Origin: Eledone cirrhosa
Lineage: Eukaryota
Direction of reading: 5' to 3'
NCBI GenBank assembly: GCA_964016885.1
Contig: OZ024759.1
Span: forward strand, 13,082,001 to 13,146,000
Length of the DNA stretch: 64,000 bases
Shown: positions 42,445-55,619 of the stretch, piece after piece
Layout of the letters: every line of letters starts with the position of its first letter
Numbering within the stretch: position 1 is the first letter of the stretch
Made by a program: the position numbers and the translations under genes
Notes under the pieces: generated by a model
Told to the model about the DNA's origin: nothing
Seen by the model: the letters and a program-made list of their open reading frames with translations, nothing else
Database searches by the model: none

Positions 42445-43207
42445 AGACACAATGCAGATCTTGGGTACACAAGATATGTAATGGGATAGCGGGCAAACTA
42501 ACAGGTAGGGAAAACTACATATGCAGTAGATGTACAGGGAAATTTGACAGTAGAAGTCGCATTGATAGACACATTTTTCAAATGCAGGTGGGTTCTATAG
42601 AAGTGGTTGATAGCTTCCGATACCTAGGTGATCAGATTAGCAAGAGAGGAGGGTACTCCGAGGCCATAGTATCTAGAATAAGGACAGGATGGAAGAAGTT
42701 TAGGGAGCTGCTTCCTCTATTCACAAAGAAGGGTGTCTCTCTAGGAATGAAAAGCCGGTTATATGATGCCTGTGTGAGATATGTGATGCTGCATGGTAGT
42801 GAGACATGGGCAGCAACTACAGAGGATATGTGACTGCTGGAGGAGAGAAATGAAGCAAGCATGTTCTGTTGGATGTGCAATGTCAATGTGCGTAAACAAC
42901 CAAGCATGAATGAGTTGAGAGAGAAACTGTGTATAAGAGGGATAAGTTGTAGTGTGTGGGAGAGAAGACTGTGTTGGCATGTGATGTGCATGGAGGGTGA
43001 CCACTGGGTAAAGAAGTGCCAAGAAATCCCAGTGGGAGGAAGATGCAGTAGAGGAAGACCACGAAAATCATGGGCAGAGATGATGAGAGCTGACTTCAGA
43101 TTGCTGAAGCTCACAGGAGATGATGACGGACCGTGACAAATGGAGAGATGCTGTGCTGAAAACCCTTGCAAGTAAGGAAAAGCGGACTTAAAATGATGAT
43201 GATGATA
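42445..43207 (+). mobile_element. RTE-clade LINE R1, 5'-truncated
   Basis: GSIEVVDSFRYLGD, MLHGSETW, RGRPRKSW, (GAT)n tail. Confidence 0.9.
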
Positions 43208-43469
43208 ACGATTTATATCGACAGTTGATCGACTTTCGTCAAATTGGACCATGGAAACAATCTCTCCATTGGTTTTTCTAAATGCTAGTACAATCTATCA
43301 GTCACAAATCCAGGCAGAAGGAGCAACGTGAAATAAAGTGTCTTCTTTAAAGACATAACGCATCACCCAGTCCAGTAATCAAACTCACAACCTCACGTGT
43401 GCGAATTCAATTCTCTAACCACTCAGCCACGCGGCCATAAATGGAATAAAACTTAGTCACTTTGGCCAC

Positions 43470-43715
43470 AAACCCCGGTACTGCGACCCGCAATACAGGG
43501 GGAAAGGAAGACAAACAAATGCTGGGAATTGTCCAGCCTCTTCCTCTTTGCACCAGTCAATGACAAGACATCAGGCGTCCTCGGAACTTGTACTGCCAAG
43601 CCCCTCCGCCAGATCAGAAAATCAGCAGCCTGTCTAAGGAAGGAGCCCTGCAAGGTTGGTTATCTGCTGCAGCAGGTGTCACTGGCCATTGTCCACAGGG
43701 TGCAGCCGCAACACC
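43470..43715 (+). mobile_element. Degenerate CRE-clade RLE C-terminal fragment
   Basis: KTNKCWELSSLFLFAPV..TSGVLG..EP..YLLQQVSLAI aligns by eye to K..KY..L...F.P.A.ET.G..G..E...WLFQRISLAI. Confidence 0.6.
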
Positions 43716-44039
43716 GACACACCCTAGGCCTAGAGCCCATCGCCCTCCCCTTCCCTATTCTTCTGTGACACTAGATACCTTGCCTTTCCCTTCCTTTTCC
43801 ATTTTTAAATATTAATTAAGTTATTCTTTACTTAAAAAAAAAGAATAAAATAAGAAATAGTAAACAATAACCATCATCATCATCACTTTAACTTCCATTC
43901 TTCCACACTAGCATGGGTTAGACAAGTTGTCCTGTTGTGGGCAATGCTAGGTCAGGTGACCATGTCTTGCTCATACAGAACTGATTTGGGTTTGATTTCT
44001 ATGACTGGATGCGCTTCCTAGTGCCTACACCACATTTAC

Positions 44040-44439
44040 TCTGTGGACTGTGTGCTTTTTGTTGTGACACTTACATGATGACTTTACAGTGAGTACCGTG
44101 TGCTTTTTGTTGTGACACCTACACGACCACTTTATAGTGTGGACTGCGAGCTTTTTGTTGTGACATCTACATGACCACTTTACAGTGTGGACTGGGAGCT
44201 TTTTGTTGTGACATCTACATGACCACTTTACAGTGTGGACTGCGAGCTTTTTGTTGTGACATCTACATGACCACTTTACAGTGTGGACTGGGAGCTTTTT
44301 GTTGTGACATCTACATGACCACTTTACAGTGTGGACTGGGAGCTTTTTGTTGTGACACCTACATGACCACTTTACAGTGTGGACTGGGAGCTTTTTGTTG
44401 TGACACCTACATGACCACTTTACAGTGTGGACTGGGTGT
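44040..44439 (-). repeat. 48-bp minisatellite of the 11103/16055 family, about 8 units
   Basis: Same unit. Confidence 0.92.
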
Positions 44440-44523
44440 AAGAAATGGTTCTGTTCTTTATGAAGGGTTTTATTGTTTAATGAAGACTGCAACCTGTCTT
44501 ACCTGCCGAATATGATGAAAATT

Positions 44524-44956
44524 AGAATTGGATGGTGACAGAGGGTTAAGGAAATCTGTGAAAGAAGATGGACCTACAATAGAACTGGATGGTGACAGTG
44601 GGTCAAGGGAATTTGTGAAAGAAGAGGGTTTACAATAGAACTGGATGGTGACAGAGGGTTAAGGAAATCTGTGAAAGAAGATGGACCTACAATAGAACTG
44701 GATGGTGACAGTGGGTCAAGGGAATTTGTGAAAGAAGAGGGTTTACAATAGAACTGGATGGTGACAGAGGGTTAAGGGAATCTGTGAAAGAAGATGGACC
44801 TACAATAGAACTGGATGGTGACAGTGGGTCAAGGGAATTTGTGAAAGAAGAGGGTTTACAATAGAACTGGATGGTGACAGAGGGTTAAGGAAATCTGTGA
44901 AAGAAGATGGACCTACAATAGAATTGGATGGTGACAGTGGGTCAAGGGAATTTGTG
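44524..44956. repeat. Dimeric 57+56-bp (113-bp) minisatellite
   Basis: Strict alternation of two unit variants. Confidence 0.92.
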
Positions 44957-45489
44957 CCAGGAGTGTGACCTTTTGATTGATTGATTGAAAAACAAAGTTT
45001 CTAGTGTTTAAAAAAATATTTAAAACAAACTAAAAAGTAACTAAATGAGTGTATGTTTTTGTTTATATTTATTTTTGTAAAATTTTTAAAAGGAGCAAAA
45101 CAAACAAAAACAAAACAAAACAAAAGAAATATCTCCGGAATTTTCTTGCCTGACATTTATTTTAGATTAAAATATCTGATTATTATTATTAGTGTCAGAC
45201 GCCATGCTTTTCAGCATAGAGTTATGACCCTTTACGTTCTGAGTTCAAATCCTGCCGAGGTTAACTTTGCCTTTCATCCTTACGGGGTCGATAAAATAAA
45301 GTACCAGTAACGTACTGGAGTCGATTTAATCAACTTTCCCCTCTCCCCCAATTGCTGGCCTTGTGCCTATAAATCATTATAATTATTATTAATTTTTCTG
45401 TTTTTTCTCATCAATTTTCTTCATTCAATAAGCAATAAATTTGACCAATTGTTTAAAATCCAAATTATTGGCATTTTTGTTGTTCTTTC

Positions 45490-46396
45490 ACCATCATCAT
45501 CATCATCATCATCAACATGAACAACAACAGTAACAACAACAATAGCAGCAACAGAAACATCATCATCATCACCTTCATCATCACTATCATCATCACCATT
45601 ATCACCATCATCACCATCATCACCATCATCACCATCACCATCATCACCGTCATCACCGTCATCACCATCACCATCATCACTGTCATCATCAGCATCACCA
45701 TCATCACCATCACCATTATCACCATCATCATCATCATCATCACCATTATCACCATCATCATCTCCATCACCATCATCGCTATCATCACCGTCATCACCAT
45801 CACCATCATCACCATCATCACCGTCATCACCATCACCATCATCACCATCATCACTGTCATCATCAGCATCACCATCATCACCATCACCATTATCACCATC
45901 ATCATCATCATCACCATCATTGCTATCATCATCACCATCATCGTCATCACCATCATCGCTATCATCATCATCATCGCTATCATCATCACCATTATCACCA
46001 TCATCATCACCACATTGCTATCATCATCATCACCATCATCATCACCATCACTATTATCACTATCATCATCATCATCACCATCATCGCCATCATCACCATC
46101 ATCACCATCAGCATCACCATCATCACCATCACCATTATCACCATCATCATCATCATCATCACCATTATCACCATTATCACCATCATCACTATCATCATCA
46201 GCATCATCATCATCAGCATCACCATCATCACCATCCCCATTATCACCATCATCATCACTATCACCATCATCATCTCCATCACCATCATCGCTATCATCAC
46301 CAACATGAAGATGATCATCACCATCACTATCATTGTCATCATCATCATCATCACCACCACAGCCATCACCATCATCATCACCATCACCAGCATCAT
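45490..46396. repeat. (CAT/CAC)n microsatellite block
   Basis: Direct observation. Confidence 0.97.
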
Positions 46397-47985
46397 TTGA
46401 CTCTAGTAGCCACCATCCCCTTCCTTGGTAGTTTGAGGACCAAGGATAGCAAGGTTTTGAAGCAGATCCTTAAATATGTAGTCTCTGGTACAAAGACAGA
46501 AGGGACCACTAATCATGGGATTGTGTATCTCTGTGTATCATCATCATCATCATCATCATTGTGCAGTGTGTATCATCATCATCATCATCATCACCATTTT
46601 ACGTCCGTTCTTCCACGCTAGCATGGGTTAGACGGGTTGTCCTGTTGTGGGCAGTGTCCGGTCGGCTGACCATGTCTTGCTCATAAGGGAACTGATTCCC
46701 TTATGAAGAAATGGAAATTAATTTTTCCGAGTACTCTAGGAAAATTTAATTTCCATTTCTTTTGCTGGACGATACCACTTGAAACTGGCTGACTCATGGT
46801 TGGGGGGTGCTGGCTGGGACTCACAATCGGAATCTTTACTCTATATCCCATCTTGATATCTTATCGAGATTAATTTTTTCATATAAGGTTCTCTCTGTAA
46901 GTTCATTAAATAAATCTCGCTACCTTAACCTTTAATTTTCTAATAATTTATTTTTCAATTTATCATTTTGCAATTTAATATTTTTTTAATTTAATTTAAT
47001 TTCATCCTATAACTCGTAACATAAGTTTAACGTTCCAATTTTCGGTTCATACATTAGACCATACAGACACCCATTATATATGCCTTTCTTAAATATAGAT
47101 TCTTTGGAGTAGCATTTTTCGAGGCATTTTCTAGCATGAATGTAGTGTGACCTTTACGCTGACTTCTTTCTTCCTTTTTTTCTTCTTTCTTCCTTTCTTT
47201 CTTTCTTCCCCTTTTTCTTTGACGGAGAGGTGGTAGTGCATTATAAGCCTTCGTCCCCTCACCAAATGGTCATTAGTAGATTCAGTTGCCATCACTTTGA
47301 GGGCGACTGAACAAGGTGAAGGCAGCTAGTTGGTCAGTCGTCCTCTTTGTCTCTGTCTCTGATTTTTCGGACCCATGGTTTTTTACATATTCCTTTGTTA
47401 TATTCCAATACCTGATGATATCACTGGATTCATATGGAACCCGGTCATTGAAATGATCATAGTATAATAAACCTTTCAAGGATTTACACCAGTCCAGCCT
47501 CCTGTTATTTTTTCTCGTGACACCTACATGGCCACATTACGGCGTGGACTGTGAGTTTTTTTCTCGTGACACCTACATGGCCACATTACAGCGTGGACTG
47601 TGTGTTTTTTTCTCGTGACACCTACACGATCTTGATCTCATTTATTTGGACTGGATGTTGTGGTAGCAACTTTACAGAGAGAGGGTGGTATTGGTGGGAG
47701 TGGGAGGATAGGGTAGGGGTAGTGGATTGGGGTGTATATTTGGGTAAGAGGTGCCTACTGACTGTAGGTTTCACTTATATATATATATAAGTATAAGGTG
47801 AAGGCCTTTAAAAGACGGCAAAAGAAGTTGCCATGTGTGCTTATGTGTGCATGTGTATGTGTGTGTATGTCTATATGTGTATGTATGTCTGTGTGTGCAT
47901 GTGTATGTGTGTGTATGTCTATCGGTCAGTGTGCGTGTTATGAAGGGTATCCAACGATAAAAAAAGCCAAACCCATAACGAGAGT

Positions 47986-48830
47986 CATACATAACAGATG
48001 TCTACCAGACTAACCACATGTAACAGATGTCTCCCAGACTAACCATATGTAACAGATGTCTACCAGACTAACCATACATAACAGATGTCTACCAGACTAA
48101 CCATACATAACAGATGTCTCCCAGACGAACCATATGTAACAGATGTCTACCAGGCTAACCATACATAACAGATGTCTACCAGACTAACCATATGTAACAG
48201 ATGTTTCCCAGACTATTTGCATGTAACAGATGTCTACCAGACTAACCACATGTAACAGATGTCTACCAGGCTAACCATATGTAACAGATGTCTACCAGAC
48301 TAACCATATGTAACAGATGTTTCCCAGACTAACCACATGTAACATGTCTACCAGACTAACCACATGTAACAGATGTCTACCAGACTAACCACATGTAACA
48401 GATGTCTACCAGACTAACCATACATAACAGATGTCTACCAGACTAACCATACATAACAGATGTCTACCAGACTAACCACATGTAACAGATGTCTACCAGG
48501 CTAACCATATGTAACAGATGTCTACCAGACTAACCATACATAACAGATGTCTACCAGACTAACCACATGTAACAGATGTCTACCAGACTAACCATATGTA
48601 ACAGATGTTTCCCAGATTAACAACATGTAACATATGTCTACCAGACTAACCATACATAACAGATGTCTCCCAGACTAACCACATGTAACATATGTCTACC
48701 AGACTAACCACATGTAACAGATGTCTACCAGACTAACCATACATAACAGATGTCTACCAGACTAACCACATGTAACAGATGTCTACCAGACTAACCATAC
48801 ATAACAGATGTCTACCAGACTAACCATATG
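47986..48830. repeat. 29-bp minisatellite (taacagatgtctaccagactaaccacatg), about 29 units
   Basis: Tandem period of 29. Confidence 0.96.
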
Positions 48831-49431
48831 TATCTGTGTGTATGTGAGTATGTGTGTGTGTGTGTGGCATATATCTGTGTGTATGTGAGTGTATGTGTGG
48901 CATATATCTGTGTGTATGTGAGTGTGTGTGTGTGTGGCATGTATCTGAGTGTGTGTGGCATATATCTGTGTGTATGTGAGTGTGTGTGTGTCTGGCATAT
49001 ATCTGTGTGAGTGTGTGTGTGGCATATATCTGTGTGTATGTGAGTGTGTGTGTGTGTGGCATGTATCTGTGTATGTATGTGAGCCTTCCTCTATCCCAAT
49101 CCCTACTTCCCTCCCCTCACCTTCAAACCCTCAAACATATCTACACCACTTGACCCTGCTCTGTCATTCCGCCCCTTTATTCCACCCTCATATCAATCTA
49201 CTCACCTGACCCCATGTACTTTTACTCTCCACCTCCTCCACACTGCATCCCTATCTATCCCACATCACTCTCCCCACCCCCACACAAACTACTTTCCCTC
49301 CCCTCTAATTAAATTTTTTTCTCTTTCTCACTCTCTATCTAACCCTCTCTCAATTTATCTGCCTATCTATCTCTATTTCTCTTCCTCTTTCTTTGTCACT
49401 CCTCTATTCCTCTCTCTTTCCCTCTCTTTAT

Positions 49432-49479
<48 letters not shown>

Positions 49480-49622
49480 GATAAAATTAGTCCTTCGTCA
49501 GTGATTTGCCAACCATCATTGATATTTCATCGCATTTGATGGTTGGCAAATCACTGATGAAGGACTAATTTTATCATATGTAACCCATGTGCAACCACGC
49601 AGTATTCTTCTTTCTTCTCATG

Positions 49623-49665
<43 letters not shown>

Positions 49666-49706
49666 GATATTAAATAAATGGAAACTATATTTATAAAACC
49701 ATATTT

Positions 49707-49770
49707 ATTTCATTATATATATTTCAGGGATATCATATTAACAATATATTATGCCTTCCTCAGACAAAAT
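49707..49770 (-). ncRNA. Type I hammerhead ribozyme, family A (left arm)
   Basis: Reverse complement of 49935-49998. Confidence 0.75.
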
Positions 49771-49934
49771 ACAATATAGACAGTTTTATAGATAAATAGA
49801 TTTGACATACCGTTCAACATCGACTTGTATTTGAAAAAGTTGATTTGGCAGATCTGCCAAATCAACTTTTTCAAATACAAGTCGATGTTGAACGGTATGT
49901 CAAATCTATTTATCTATAAAACTGTCTATATTGT

Positions 49935-49998
49935 ATTTTGTCTGAGGAAGGCATAACATATTGTTAATATGATATCCCTGAAATATATATAATGAAAT
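49935..49998 (+). ncRNA. Type I hammerhead ribozyme, family A (right arm)
   Basis: attttgt CUGAGGA agg-c-ata-a-catatt(gtt)aatatg-a-tat-c-cct GAAA tatata UA atgaaat. Confidence 0.78.
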
Positions 49999-50282
49999 AA
50001 ATATGGTTTTATAAATATAGTTTCCATTTATTTAATATCGTAAATATACTCCAAATACTTGTTGAGTGCTTTTATATCAGTTATAAATATTTACTAGTTG
50101 TAACCCAACAATTTAAATATAACTTTCCATATATATATATATATATATATTTTATTTGTTTAGCAAGATTCTTTATCTGAAAACGTGTGTTGAAACCGAT
50201 ATTGTTATGCTTTGGGAGGGTCATGTTGCCAATAAGAAACACACGCATGTGTTTCTTATTGGCAACATGACCCTCCCAAAGC

Positions 50283-50328
<46 letters not shown>

Positions 50329-50584
50329 CGAAGGAAATGTGGTAAGGAACCAAGTGGACCATAACGCTCCAAAGTACTCAATACTTAGGGTAGTAGAGTG
50401 GGTAATAGGAACAAGTAAGACCCCGACGGCTGAGCTCAAGCCGTTTCGACGGCTAATTCTGTACTCGAATTAGCCGTCGGGGTCAGAATTAGCCGAGTAC
50501 AGAATTAGCCATCGAAACGGCTTGAGCTCAGCCGTCGGGGTCTTACTTGTTCCTATATATATATATATAAATATATATATATCT

Positions 50585-50656
<72 letters not shown>

Positions 50657-50989
50657 CATCGTTTAACGTCCATCTTCCGCGCTAGCATGAATTGGACGGG
50701 TTTGTTACACTTGAGGCAAGATTATTCGGGTGACCATGTCTCGCTCCTACAGAACTGTCTCTGGCAGGTTTTCCACAGCTGGATGCCCTTCCTAACACCA
50801 ACCACATTTACAGTGTGAACTGGGACCCTTTTTGCCGAGTCTCCTACACGACCACTCTGCAGCGTGGCTTGGGTGCTTTTTGTTGTGTCACCGACACAGT
50901 AGACGGAAGTGGGAGGATAGAGTAGGTGTGTGGGGTGGGGTGTATATTGGGTTAAGAGGTGCCTACTGACTGTGGGTTTAAGTTTGTAT

Positions 50990-51420
50990 GCAAGGGAAGG
51001 TGGGTCCTCTGTATAACTGCATAGCACCAAAGATCTCGATCCAGTGACATTGTCTTAGAGAGGTGTAAGTGAGCAAGGTCAGTTTTTATCACCGCGTCCC
51101 AGGTTTTTCTGGGTCTACCTACTCCATAGCTCCCATCAATTTTGATTACTCTGCTCTGCACTTTTTTTATACAGCTGTCATCCTTCATACGCATCACATG
51201 GCCATACCAACGCAATCTCCTCTCCAGAACACAGCATTTGATACCTCTTATGCTTAATCTCTCTCTCAATTCGTTTCTGCTTTGCCGTTCACATACATTA
51301 CTGTTACACATCCATCAGAGCATGCAAGCTTTGTTTCTTTCTAATCTACACAAGTCTTTTATATACAATACCCAGGTCTCACTACCATGTAACATTGCTG
51401 TTCATATATAAGCATCACAT
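50990..51420 (-). mobile_element. Older RTE-clade LINE 3' fragment
   Basis: RRLRWYGHVMRM, GRPRKTWD. Confidence 0.85.
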
Positions 51421-51730
51421 GTGGGCTCTTAGAAAACTAGGAGTAGATGAATGGCTTGTGAAAGCTGTACAAGCCATGTATAGGGGAGCAGTCAGCAAAG
51501 TTAGTTATACACTCTAACATACATTCCCATACATATACTAAGACAGACAGACACACACACATACAAAATGTGCCGTTTACACTCTCACATACACTCACAC
51601 ACATTATGTGTATGTATTTTCTCATTTTTTCCTCACTTTACGTTGCCTCACCATTCGTGTTTGTTTACCTGTCTCTCTTTCTCCACCCAAATCTTTTTAT
51701 CCCAATAACTTATTTTAGTTATTGTATTGC

Positions 51731-51800
51731 ACTAGTCGGCGGCATATGGTCTGTAATGCGAAGAAATACCTATGATGGCTAGTAGACCACTGAAGATGGA
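51731..51800 (+). ncRNA. Candidate permuted kink-turn hammerhead, copy 2 (diverged)
   Basis: Same spacing as 2443-2510 with compensatory stems tggtct/agacca and actagtc/ggctagt. Confidence 0.6.
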
Positions 51801-52399
51801 TAGTTCTGGCTTCTATTTCTTCATTTTATTATATATATCATATTTGCAACAACACAGCTCGCCATTTTCATTCATATATATATATATCAAATTTAAAAAA
51901 CGGAGTTGAAAACTCACATAAATCCCCTATAATTTAATGAGCTCAAGGAATAGGTTCTGGGCTCTTTATAAGTCAACATATAGAGAGAAGTACACACAGA
52001 AATATGTGTTCAATTGTAGGGGATCAAAAACAACCAGAGTGACGAACATACCTACGAAAAGAATGGTGAATAGAAATCAATAAAAAGAATATATTAAAGT
52101 ATACTAACCATTCGATTATAACTCCCAGACATGCCCAAATAAGAGTGTTTCGCTATAATAAGTGAAGAATCCATATTATCGGCAGGTGTCTAGTAATACG
52201 ATCAACACTTCGAGAAATAAATCAAACTGACAATCGCGAGAAAGTTCTCCAGAAAAGTTAACCAGGAATCTTTAAAAAATCTCCCCACCGAAGTTAACAA
52301 AGAACTTACTAGATCTACAAAACCAATTTGTAAAATTATGATATTATAAAATTAAATTATTTAGAACTACAAGTGAAGTCATTCTTTTCCTTTTTTTCC

Positions 52400-52592
52400 C
52401 GGTGGAGGGAAGACGCAGTTGAGGAAGACCACGAAAAACATGGGCGGAGGTGGTGAGAGCTGACCTCAGATCGCTGAAGCTCACAGAGGAGATGATGAAG
52501 GACCGTGACGAATAGAGAGATGCTGTGCTGAATAGGACCCGTCCCACCCTTGCAAGCATGGAAATGCGGACGTAAAATGATGATGATGATGA
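52400..52592 (+). mobile_element. RTE R1 short 3' end
   Basis: GRPRKTWAEVVRADL and (GAT)n tail. Confidence 0.88.
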
Positions 52593-54177
52593 TATTGTAT
52601 ACAAATACAAACATTCTAAATTTTCTGGAGAAAAAACAACAACAAAACAACAAAAACAAACAGATGACTCTTAATTTAAATATAATCTGTTGCCACGAAG
52701 CAGTTTTTACAATATCTTGATATATAGTTGATTGACCCCCAATAAAAGCGGAAATTAGGTAGAAATAAAATGATCTATCTAATCTGTCTCTCTAACTAAC
52801 TCTCTTTCTCCCTCCTCCAGGAAGACAACAACTGAAAAGTTTGATAATCTATAATATTCGTACATACACCCCATACAAAGATAATTGTTTCTACTTTTGG
52901 CACAAGGCCAGTAATTATCTAGTACATTGCTGGTACTTTATTTTATCGACCCCGTAAGGATGAAAGGCAAAGTTAACCTCGGCGGGATTTGAACTCAGAA
53001 TGGCAAGGCCCGTAACTCTATACGTCAAAGCATGGCGTCCGACCCTCTACTAACACTGCCAATCCACCAATGCACTAGGTAGTGTAACGTGCTGTTACTG
53101 TAGGTTCACCCAGCTGAGTGTAAATATAGTTCAAGTTCTGTATTATCATATCAAATATATAAGATTGAATAGAAGTACACACATATATTAATTATTGTTA
53201 GAAACCTTATAGATACAATAACAACAAATATATTATCAAAGTGAGTAGAGAAAAACACCCTATCAATTCAACAGATCAAATATACCTTGTATATATATTT
53301 TGAAGTGAACATTTGACTAAATAATGAGGTAAGTCTATTTAAACCCTTTTATCGTCTCCCTCGTCCGCCCCATCTTTCGCTATTATGAGCGGTCGAGCAA
53401 TGTGGCAGCATACTATTACGTCCTTCCCTGAGTAAAAAACATAGCACACGCCTTTTATTTGAAAAAGAAAAGAAAAAAAAAATTAAGGATTGGTTGTGGC
53501 AACAACGAGCCACAATTATACATTCTTCCTTAACGTACACTTACAATTTTTCAAAAACAAACCTCCCAAAAATAAAATAAAAATAAATAAATATAAATGG
53601 CGAGGAACCGCCACTAGCTTCACAAAAAGAGATTATACATGGCACCATCCCATCTCTCTCTTGAAATAACCTGAATCTATTTATAGTCAGGTGTGATTGA
53701 AAAGTCAATCCATACTTCCATTCTATTTCACAGAATTAGAAGCTTTGACCACTTGATAGAATTCAGGACCAGTAATGTATTCACTCTGTAATTGTAAATA
53801 TCTTGTATCACTATCATTCAGGTTTTGATTTTACTGAAGTCTTGCCCATGTGTTTTTTTTTACACAAACTCACAGCCTTAGATTTTGTACTTCTAGCGTT
53901 TTTATTTTCCTTCTCTTTGCATGTTCAGTGCTCTTTCTCTCCCACTGTATTTACCTGCCTCTCATGACCACACTCCTCTCCACGCAACGCACTCATAATC
54001 TTCTCCCCTCCCCCTTCTCCACTTTCTATCCCTTCCCTTGCTAACCCCTTACTTCGTCCTCGCGCACAGCCCACCTATGTATTCGTTCAACCCGTCGGTG
54101 GCCCGATGTTTCGATCGAACTATCACCGGCGATTGCCGATTGATAAGTTGTCACCATTTTAACCTAGTCCACTCTAG

Positions 54178-55604
54178 GTGGCGGTGGCATGCGTCAAACG
54201 ACCAAGAGAATTCCAACGTTGGCCCTCTACTGCCAGCCCACCTGATTGCGCTCTCTGTGCCCGCACTAGCCGGTATTTAAAGACAATTAAATGTCACCTA
54301 TGTCACACAAGCTACCACAGAAGCTGTGTCGGCATCACCAAAGCTCAAGCCGAAAGGCTTCAACACTGTAATCGGTGCCACTTCAGCTCCGACGTATTCC
54401 ATAGGGATGCCCCACGCTTCGATGACCAAGTCTCTACCGAGGACTTTGCCACAGCACTCCAGCACTTCCACCGAATCAAAGCTGGTTAACCGGATCCCTA
54501 AAGGAGCTCGTAATAGCTTTGCACGTGCCCTCTCTAATTTATTGAAAAACGTTTGCTCGTCCAACAATAGGTCTCACTGGCAGAATTTGTTTTTGTTTCT
54601 CCTCATCTCTCTTCACGTGCACAATGCGAATTCGGGTTCCCTCACGTCCTCTCTCGAGCGGCAGTTCCAGCTGTCTGAGTCCATCCTAACCACGTCTCAT
54701 CTCAGTTCGACATCGAGCTCGGTGTTCACCAACAGACAACCGGGAGACCTCAAGCGAGCGGTCAATACCAAATTCAGCGAATTTGACATTAAAGGGGCTG
54801 TCCGTCTCCTCTCTTCTCTGACCTCCCTTGCTCCGTGCAACTCTGATTCTCTTGAGCGACTGAAAGAGAAGCATCCATCGGCATCCCCTGATGATCAGCT
54901 ATACAGGCCTGAACCACCAGAATACTCGAGACCGGTTTACACCACCGATATCATCAGAAAGGCGATTTCATTCTTTCCCGCTGGGTCAGGCGCGGGAATT
55001 GACGGCCTTCGTCCTCAACACCTGAAAGATGGTATCTCCTTATCGGCCGGTGACGCCGGACTCGAGCTCTTGGAAAGTATGACTCAGTTTGTGAATCAGT
55101 TCTCTTCAGTGAACGTTCTCCCATTCATCCGCCCACTGTTCTTCGATGCGAAGCTATTTGGTCTCACCAAGCCCAACCGGGACCTGCGCGCCATTGCGGT
55201 TGGCTGCACCCTTTGCCGCCTCACTGCAAAGGCGTGTGTGCTGTTGGTCTTCGACTCACTGGCGGAGGAATTTTCCCCCATCCGGCTGGGGGTGGTACCA
55301 AGTTGGCATGTGAGGCTGCTGTCCACGCTACCAGAGCATTTACCAATTTGTCCTCCTCGTCCCCCAAGGTCATCATCAAACCTGACCTCAAGAATGCATT
55401 TAACTCCGTCAGCCGCGACATCGTCCTCGGCTCAGTAAGAGAGAGGGTCCCACAACTCTATCACTTTGCTTGGCAGGCTTATCGGGAGCCCTCCTACCAC
55501 TCTTTCAGTGACCAAATCATCACCTCTGCCTCAGGAGTCCAACAGGGTGACCCACTCGAGTCCGCTCTGTTTGCACTGGACATTGATGACGTCACCAAGA
55601 TCTA
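54178..55604 (+). mobile_element. CRE-clade non-LTR retrotransposon: PHD finger plus N-terminal part of RT, frameshifted and truncated
   Basis: C4HC3 CALC..CHLC...H..C..CNRC; RIPKGAR, GSGAGIDGLRPQHLKD, LRAIAVG, CEAAVHATR, DLKNAFNSV, GVQQGDPL. Confidence 0.85.
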
Positions 55605-55619
55605 CCTTACCATCCTCCG

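Larger units (their letters stand above)
49663..50042. mobile_element. 380-bp near-perfect palindrome: inverted pair of Penelope-like element ends
   Basis: Symmetry centre aga|tct at 49852/49853; one hammerhead per arm. Confidence 0.7.

Noticed and set aside
52088-52160. Minus-strand mini-exon MDSSLIIAKHSYLGMSGSYNRM with a gttagt donor
   Set aside because: No recognisable homology and no downstream partner exons found
54050-54090. HDV-like ribozyme at the CRE 5' end (tcctcgc motif)
   Set aside because: No P1 partner or P1.1/P4 arrangement found
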